Assembly: GCA_024679065.1 (NCBI GenBank)
Contig: JAGIQG010000016.1
Location: 13,330,001-13,394,000, forward strand
Reading direction: 5' to 3'
Length of the DNA stretch: 64,000 nt
Source: Sphyrna mokarran
Taxonomy: Eukaryota
Positions 52,401 to 61,400 of this stretch are shown one piece after another (the stretch's first letter is position 1; each line of letters opens with the position of its first letter). Under the pieces are notes generated by a model that saw only the letters and a program-made list of their open reading frames with translations, did no database searches and was not told where the DNA came from. The position numbers were made by a program, and so were the translations under genes.

Positions 52401-55400
52401 GATTTCTTGCCACGTATATATCTGAGAAAGAAGTGCAGGAAAATATCAAAGTTGGTTCTAGGCACTTAGAGATCTCGAAAACTGAACATGAATCAGTTTT
52501 TAAAAATAAAATCATTGTGTGACTGCTATGGCGGTGAATTTTGGCGGCTACTGATAGGCCTGTAGAAATGTTACCAAATCCTTCTAATTTGTAATTTTTC
52601 AATCTAATTTTTTGGTTCGCAATACTTCATCGTTGTCTGGAATAACGTGAGGAGCAACGGACAACAAAATGGCAATTTGTCCTGCCTTTATTTAAAGAAT
52701 CGAGAGCATAATATTAAAAAGAAGATTGAAAACAGGAAAAGTCGACAAGGACAATAATGAATAACAAATCATAAGCATACGGACTACTTAACAACACAAC
52801 TCCCCTAAAATTACCTCTCCTTCCCAACTTAACTACGTTGTTTGGAAACACAGACATTGTTTTCCAAAAAAAATCATAACGATTGTTACCTCTGCAATTC
52901 AAATTCAGTTCATTGCCACCACGATTTAGGTGGCCATGTCTGCAATGCTATCAGTGTGAGGTCAGCAAAGGCATACATCTGCGCGTTGTGGAGGAGAATA
53001 CCGGCAATATGCATTCCCTCTTACTTTCAAGGGAGTTTTGGGCGATCTGGCAGTTGAACGTCAACTACTCTCTCGGGCTTCGGATTTGTATAGTTTCCTC
53101 AATATGGCAATGCTTGCAATGATAATACTTTATCTCCGTGACATTTCAATCTCTGGATTCAGTTGCCAAAATATCTCAAATTGCCTGAATTTAGAAAATC
53201 GCATGCACATAAGTAATTAACTCAAAGTATTCGAGGGAAGTTTTTTTCCTATAAATAGTGCAATTTACATGTAATTTGGCTCGATATCTGCTATCATTGT
53301 TACGAGTAAATCCAAACCCTATCTTCACTTGGTTTGGCAGGTACGCGTGCCATAATGAACATATTTAACCGCTTCTGTGCCATTTGTGTCTGATCATAAC
53401 TTCGTACTGTTGCTGTTTTTGATGGACAGTTCCCTATCAATACGCGATTTAAACTTTTTTTTTCTTGTTTTCAAATTTACACATTCAGCTCTGGAGAAAT
53501 GCAAAGCTATAGTGCAGAAATTGAGTGAAAAGAACTATTTTCCCATTCGTTATTTTTTCAAAGCTATTTGGCACCAGATACAAATGTGCTGTAATTTATT
53601 TTCAGCAAACAGGATGATTCGTTCTAAAACATCTAAAAAAAGTATTTGTGATTGTTTGATCTAATACTACCAGTTACCAAATTTGGACTTACGGCTCATC
53701 TTAGTTTTTTGTTGAATTCGTAATGTATAGTCTGCCATGAGCAACAAAGCACAATGTTAACGCAAATGCATTAAGGTGGCAGAAGGGTATAGTTTAGAAC
53801 AGTGCGCCCCCACCTCACCCCCCACACCCTACATAGCTATACGCAATAAGCCCAATGCCAAATTCTTGTCCTCAGTGGGAAGCTTTGGAGGAATATCATG
53901 ACAAATATACCGTGCATTAGTCATTGAATATTGGACTCCTAAACATTATGCAACCTAAATATCTTAGTTCTATTTCCAATAGTGCAGCGTAGTATTAGAG
54001 AAAAAAAAACGATTATTCCTTCTGTTTTTGTTTGTCTGTCAAGCTATTACTTAAAACATAAACTGAATTCTAATCTCACGAATTCCGAATGCTCCTTTTT
54101 TTTTGCATTTCATTCATATCTCTGAAAAAAAAAACGAAGGAACCGTTCTCTGTATAATGCTTCCTTTTTTTTTGACCAATTCCAGTGAACCCATACTAAT
54201 ATTTTGTTGTCTATTTAATATCCCCAAAGACGCTGCTGTAACGTTTTGAACTGCGTGATTTTTATTTCCTGCCTGCTCTTTAATAGTCTTTTTTTTATGT
54301 CTTTCATTTTCTTACACTTTGAGCACATCAATACTGCTTGTTATTCAATGGGAATGTACTCGATAATCGCTTCGATTCGTTTATCATCTCTATTGCCTGA
54401 TCCATTAACCCATATTGAACTCATACACAGGCCGTATCCTACTTTAGACATCCTCACGAATTTAACACAAAAAAAATAGGATTTGAAGTAATTAAAAGAC
54501 CAGTGATTAAGGCAGTATTCCCCATTTCTGCCCAAATCTGGATTGTATCTTGATTTGTAGTTACGTCTCCTGTTTCTAATGTCTAAGATTAGGGGAAATA
54601 TAATACACACGCCTGACCAATTCATTCATTTCATGATTCTGAAGGTTTCGTTGAGCTCAACCCGGATTCTTGGAAACATTTCAGACTAAAGAAATGTATC
54701 CAATTATTTTCATGATGCGGCACTAAATTGCGAGGGACAACATTCCCAATCTTAACTATTTCGTATTGCCATTAATTGTGAATTTTATTCAAGTTTCTGA
54801 TCCAAATATGAAAGATATTTTCTTTCATGGGCAACTCTCACTGCACTTCCACAGTAATATCCATCTTGATCCACGTAACCAAAATTGTCCCCCCTCCACC
54901 CCCCGCCCCCGGCGTGCTTATTACATTGTAATTATACTCGAAGGAAAATTCCATTACAATGTGCTGGCAAACACCTTAATGAGGAATACCGCATCATGAG
55001 CCTTCCTCACTTCCTCAGTTCGATATAACTGCTGTCCGGTGTGTCTTAGTGAACAGCATATATTGAAAACTTTAGCTTCTAACTTCTCCCAATGAAATCC
55101 GTTCACCCTTCCCAAGCCACAGCGTGATTTTTTCTCTATTATATCCTTCTGTTTTGAGCATATGGAAATAGGGCAGAATTTAACTAATTTATGGCATGTC
55201 TTACCAATCTGCGATTGGCTGAAAAGGGGGAACGCCATCGACTAATGTTACAACACAGTTTCTCCAGACTTATCTTTAAAATATGAATCATTGGTATAAT
55301 AATTGTTCTCATGAAAAGTAAGATTTGTTACTGTAACGACATCTTCCTGATACGAAAATCAACGTGTCTTTGTTGCCAAAATGTTTAAGACAGGGGAACG

Positions 55401-58400
55401 AATCCTGTGAAGGCCTTAGAAATGATGACGTGATGCATTGATAAATTTTATAAAGATTTAAATTGTTGATAGCGTTAATACGCTTGTCTAATGTGAATTT
55501 CGAATTCAGTGCATCGACATGACACATCGGACATATCTACAGCCTCCCTGTTCATTGATGATTTTTTTTTTCCGACCTTTGTTCTTTGGAAGAAGTGACT
55601 TTAATTTTAAAAAGTAGTGAGTCAGCGGTCGAAACGATTAGAACGTAATCATTCATTTGATGACTATTTGCAAAGTATCACAAGGCACATACCCAAAATA
55701 ATCTAAATTAGGCAATACTATGTTGTCGTAAGCAATGCATATAAAAGTTAAGTGCAAAACAGTAAACAGTGTTTAGAATGACAGCAAGTATTCTCTAATT
55801 ATACACCCGATTAATAAAACGTCTAAATGATGGAATTCAGAACGGACTAGAACGGTAGAAAAGCCGCAACATACTGCTGCAAATTCTGTAACTCAAGAAT
55901 GCACTTAGTTCAATACATCTTTTAATTTTCGAAAAGACGACACATTTAATGTATCTTCCTGTAGTGATAACCCTTTTTATTCTTTCCAAATTTTATCAAA
56001 CAATAAGTCATTTCAATCTTTTGTTTATTGAAAACAAAATGTTGTACAATACCGTGCATTCTGTGAAGGATTTAAGCTTGCCCAGTCAAGAGTTACCTTA
56101 TAAATTTATCCAATAGTATGCCAACTCTGCAAAACAATCTCAGAAGCTTTATATGTTTTGGAATGTTGACGTCCTTCATTCTTTACAGCTGAAACAGAGT
56201 AATTTACACTTAGGTCTGTTAGCTCGAGTAAAGCTAATCAAGAACACTCAAAATTCGGAAGGAGAATTAGGTAATGCCCGTCCTGTGGTCCAGTCTTATA
56301 CTGTGAGTCATTCATTCAACCGTCAGCATTGAAATTCAGTTAAATCTGCAAGCTAGTGTTGGCAATGGCCGCATTGAATCAATCACTGCTTAGAACATAG
56401 TTGTACGCTTGGTGCGTATGTTTTCCTGGTTCGTTAGCGCACTTCAGCAAAGGAAATCTGCACTCTTGAGCAACACTATTTCAAAATATTAACTCACATG
56501 TGCCCACTCAGAGATCTCATAATGCCACGCCGCTAAAGGCAATTACGTATCGATGTCATTTACCTATCACCAAAAAAAGGGAAATTGCAAAAAGAAACAA
56601 CTAAATGTGTTGTTTTCGGGAGAAATCAGATGAAAAGCTTTTTTTTTCCCTGAGATCCGTTGTAAAAACTAAGTTAAATTCTGAAAGCAAGGTAGAAATG
56701 AACAACCATCTCAGTTGGATCGAGAATACAATTTACGTGCGCATGTCGCAAACAATAAAACAGTACTAAGTGTGGAACGGCAACAAGATATTGGAGCCAA
56801 GCAGGATATAAGCAAATATGGGAGTGGTATCATTGCGCTACTCCATGATTGTTTTGCACTTAGTCAGTAAAGAGGTAGAGTTGACAGATTCATATTGAAT
56901 GCGACCTATGTATATAACCTTTGATTACAACCTTCAGAAGGGAAAGCCGGAGCAAGATATGAGGGGTGATTGTTTGTGGATGTTGGCCGACATGAAGGAT
57001 AAATCAATAGCTACAAAGCAATATCGATGCTGGGGATGTTTTCAGTTATCGAAAGGCATTTGACCAAAATCTGGTTAATTAAGCAAACTTATTGCCCCTT
57101 AGGTTAAAAAAAAACTACATGGTAAGCCAAGTTATTTCTGAGACGCAGGTAATAATAGATGAGTGAAAAATTTGGTGTTGAGCATTTGGAATTGCAAATC
57201 CATTTTCTAGAGCACCACATAACAACGAGGTTACCCAAGTTGAAGACCATTGAGTAAAATTCTTGTAGGATCATGGAAGACGGTCAGGTTAAGCAACATC
57301 GAATAGAACATTCGTAACGGCGTGTTTAACAGCACACAACATCACCGTAAATTGAGTGTCTGCACTTTATCTTCGTAAGGGTATACCAGGCCCCGTTCGA
57401 GATTTTCGGTTGAAATAATACATCGAAATTCATCGAATAGTGTGATGAATAAAGAGTCGACTTCAATTTGGCAAAAAAATAGACTACGAAATGAGGCTAG
57501 GTGAGCGGAGCGAGGGTATGCATTTTGTCGTGTTGGTGCACTTTATTACTGAACATCGAACGCAGTTCTGCAAATTTAGAAACACAGTGGAATAATTGAA
57601 AGTTGTGAAGCTATTTCTGGTTGGTGCAGCGCTGTGAAACTTCGATCAGAAACTTAAACTGAAGGATGGCTCTTGTATAAAATATGGATGTTATGGATCT
57701 TTTTTTTTACGCGAATAATTCCTTCATTTTTAGAGGAGAATTTGAAAGGGAAAGAGAAAGGTAATAGTGTTAAAGTTGTTTTTGGACAATTCATTTTAAG
57801 TTCAACAGTAATATCACCACCCGGATCTTCACCCCCTCATTCACAATAGATACGCAATTGCACTTGGAGGCACAAAACGGACAGTGGTGTGCACATGTGA
57901 AAAATGTTGATACAGTTGATTGATGTGCACATGCATAACTCTATAATTTATCAATGCATGCGTCAAAAAGCCATTTACTTGTGAACCAGCGTGAGGAAAA
58001 TAATATTTCCACTTTTATTACCTGTGTTCCAAGATTCAGAATTTTTTTAAAACTGACCAACGCCATGAGAATCAATTCCTGTCCTTTGTAGGTTAAATAT
58101 TTTATAATTTGGTGCCATGTGTCTCGATGTTTTGTCTCCGTGCCTCAAAACGATAAGGAACAGAGATCAATTCTTTCTCTGGGTGGTTATCTGTGTGGAA
58201 AGTGCACATTCTGTCCATATATGCATTGATTTAATTTGTGTGCTCCGGTTTCTCGATGCATCAAGCAATTCTAACCATGTTATTATTATAAATAATATTG
58301 CGTTGTTGTTTTTGTAATTATTATTGTTAGCAACATTTTTATTAGAGCTACAACAATAAATAACTTTGTGAATAGCAGCGGCAGGAATTCAACTATTATT

Positions 58401-61400
58401 ATCTCAGTGCTTCCTTGCTTTAAATTCCCCCGTGTTGTTCAAAACGATTTATTGAAACTCAATACGTTCCCCCTTCCCCCCACGCCCCCCGCCCCTCCGC
58501 CTCTCTCTCTCTCTCTTTCTCTCTCGATAGCACAGGGTTTTCTGACTAATATTCCAATACAAGATGCTCCATACTTTACCAAGTCTTTTTTTTTCCAAAA
58601 TATCATCGGCCAGGATGAAAAACGTTACCGATTCAAATTAATAGTTAAAACAATGAATCTGTTTCCCTTTGACTGTGGGAAATTTCAGAATTACTGCATT
58701 ATAAATTATGGAATTGATATTTGTGCAGTTTGTGTACCTTATTAAAAGAAAGCACTTCTACATTGAGAATGTGCTGCTGCATAACCAAATTGAGTTGACT
58801 GACAACGTATACAGGAAAAGTGCTTCGCACACTGGATAATTTTTCAAAATTAATTATGTTTCTTTCTGTAATGAACGTGGTTTTTTAACGCAACTGTTCT
58901 GTCATCTTCACATCACCTCAATCTCTGTAGTATATATAAAAAAAACTACGCATCGAAACATTTGGACGAATTTCAAAACTTAATATAGATACGCGTTGCA
59001 GTCAAACAAGTGCATTGGCTCCCTGACATTCTGCGTTACGATTTCTTATGATTCAACCAAGTTCAAATTTCACTCTCATCACTAATGTATACCTCATCCT
59101 GTGTTCCAAACTGATGCACCCTAATTCCATTTTTTGCATAACATATGATGCCATCATTTCACTCGGAAAACGATATCGCATTTCAGTGTCTTTTATCATC
59201 TAATGAAACCGTGTACCATACGTCTACAGTTCAGTGAACACTAAGCAAACCTTGAGCTTGTGTTTCTTAATACCTACAACGTTGATCACTGTAATATGTC
59301 TTCAGAACCAGACATTCCTTCACAAAATCGCTTTGTTTACAAATTCTTAACACCAGTACAAAGAATGCTGGCAGTTAACAGTCAATCTCTGCGGGAGTCA
59401 GGGGAAATGACACCCATGGTTCAGTGCAAGGCAATATCTCTCTGATTGGCCCATTAACTGGATCCTTAATGAGAGAGTTCATTCTCGAACAGGCCGACAT
59501 CAATTGCATGATTGAAATCATTGCAGCCTCAAAATTCCGGAAGAAAGTTAAATGGAAGGTTCAACTCAACATGTTTTACACCGGAGGTGTGTACAGTGGT
59601 TTGGATGTAGTTTAAACAATACGATTTGCTGCTTGAATAAGATTTCTCTTTTGCGTTTATGCGCAATCTTCCTTGCCGATATTCCATTTCGTTTATCGGT
59701 TGAAAAATGCAAATTTGCCTATTTTCATTTACATAGTATTTTCAGAAAAGGCAAACATACAAAAAATATACAATTATTGGGCGCTCTGTCATTAGGATTG
59801 TGTTCAAATATGCAGCAAAATAACGTCTGATCTTGTGATAACTTAAACATCGTATTGTTTACGGTTGGTGACTTTTCATGATGTTGTTAATCAAAGACAC
59901 ATGTACCCCCAACTGCCTTAACTCTCCTACAAATACGTTGTGGAAAAAGGAACATGTTCCATGCATTAACAAGTTTGAGAGAGAAAATAACTTTCTTTTC
60001 AGAAAGGGACAGAGTCATTTCGGACCTTTCAAGGTGGCATGATTTTCCCATTCCGTTGCAGTGAATGGAAATTTGACATGTCTCCAAATTCTTATTTTCG
60101 CTGCAGCGAGATCATGCCGTGAATTGAGTTACAATTGCGCCTTTCGTTAAACTGGTTGAAAGCCCTTTCACATACCTATCCTGTTCATAAATTTTGGGTT
60201 CATGATGTCCGAAAAACACGTTAACACAAAGCAAAGAACATTTTACTAACAAGAAAGAACACGCATTACAGGTTTAACACATACTGCTTGAGTCCTCTGT
60301 TTTCGTTTCTGACTGATTCCTGTTTTTTTTTTATCTACCGGTTTCAGTTCCACCTTCATCTCCTCCAAAACATCCATACTATTTATGGCAATGCGAACTA
60401 CAGATCAATATACTGCTTAATTGTAATTTCTGGCAAGCAAATTCATCCTTCTGGCAAATTGATTTATTTTCCTGATCTGTTGAAGAGGAGTCCAACAAGA
60501 GCAGTAAAGGTAAATTCCTATTCAATCCTGCAACTTGAATGAATGAGTTTTAGGTTCGAATATTTCCTTGTAAGCTGGGCACGGGCAAAAGCAGCTAAAA
60601 TCAATATGAAAAATATGGTGAATGTGAATATTAAAAAAAATAACTGTTACACGGCAGGAACTGACATTAATTTCATTCTTAAAATGGGATGAATTTTAAT
60701 CACGTATTTCGTTTTAATCCTTAAAAGGGAGGAGGGGTGACTTTGAAAAAGTATCAACGCTTAATCATTGATCTATAAACTCAGCTAAAGTTTGGGGACC
60801 CGGGTTCGAATCCCGTCACGCGGCTGGTGGAACTTGAAATCAATAAAATAGCTGAAATATATATATTTTTAATGCCTATGAAACAATTACGAACTATGGC
60901 GAAAAGGGACTTGGAGGATGGGGAGACTAAATAACATTGGGTTACGAACGTCCATTATGGAATGAAATTTGCCTTTCTTACAACGGCGATGACGATATAT
61001 CTAAATCTCAACTGTTCGCTCGCTGAAATGGCAGAGAAAGCCATTCGGTTTCATGTGAATATGTCTGTGAGCAACATATGCTGGCCTGGTAACGACTCTC
61101 ATTTTATCCGAATAATTGGAAGCATTAGGTACAACAAATCGATTCTGTTCAGCATTGTCTGGCTTACGCATTGCCTCAACTGATTTTTTTTTCACTGTAA
61201 ATCAACATACAGAAAACATACGTCCTCATTTGTTTCATCAGTCAGATAACACATCACGTTTTTTTTTCAGTACGAGAAATTACAGTATACTTTCTATTTT
61301 CAGCGTTATTTTACAACTGCCAGAATTGCATTGGACTTCCAAAGATTGAGTTTCCTATTTGTAGTTACTTTCAGCAAAAGTATCCTTTTCGATTTTCCCA

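Noticed and set aside
60004-60034. Good acceptor with ERDRVISDLS peptide
   Set aside because: Nearest GT gives 31 nt (frameshifting); no donor at 36 nt
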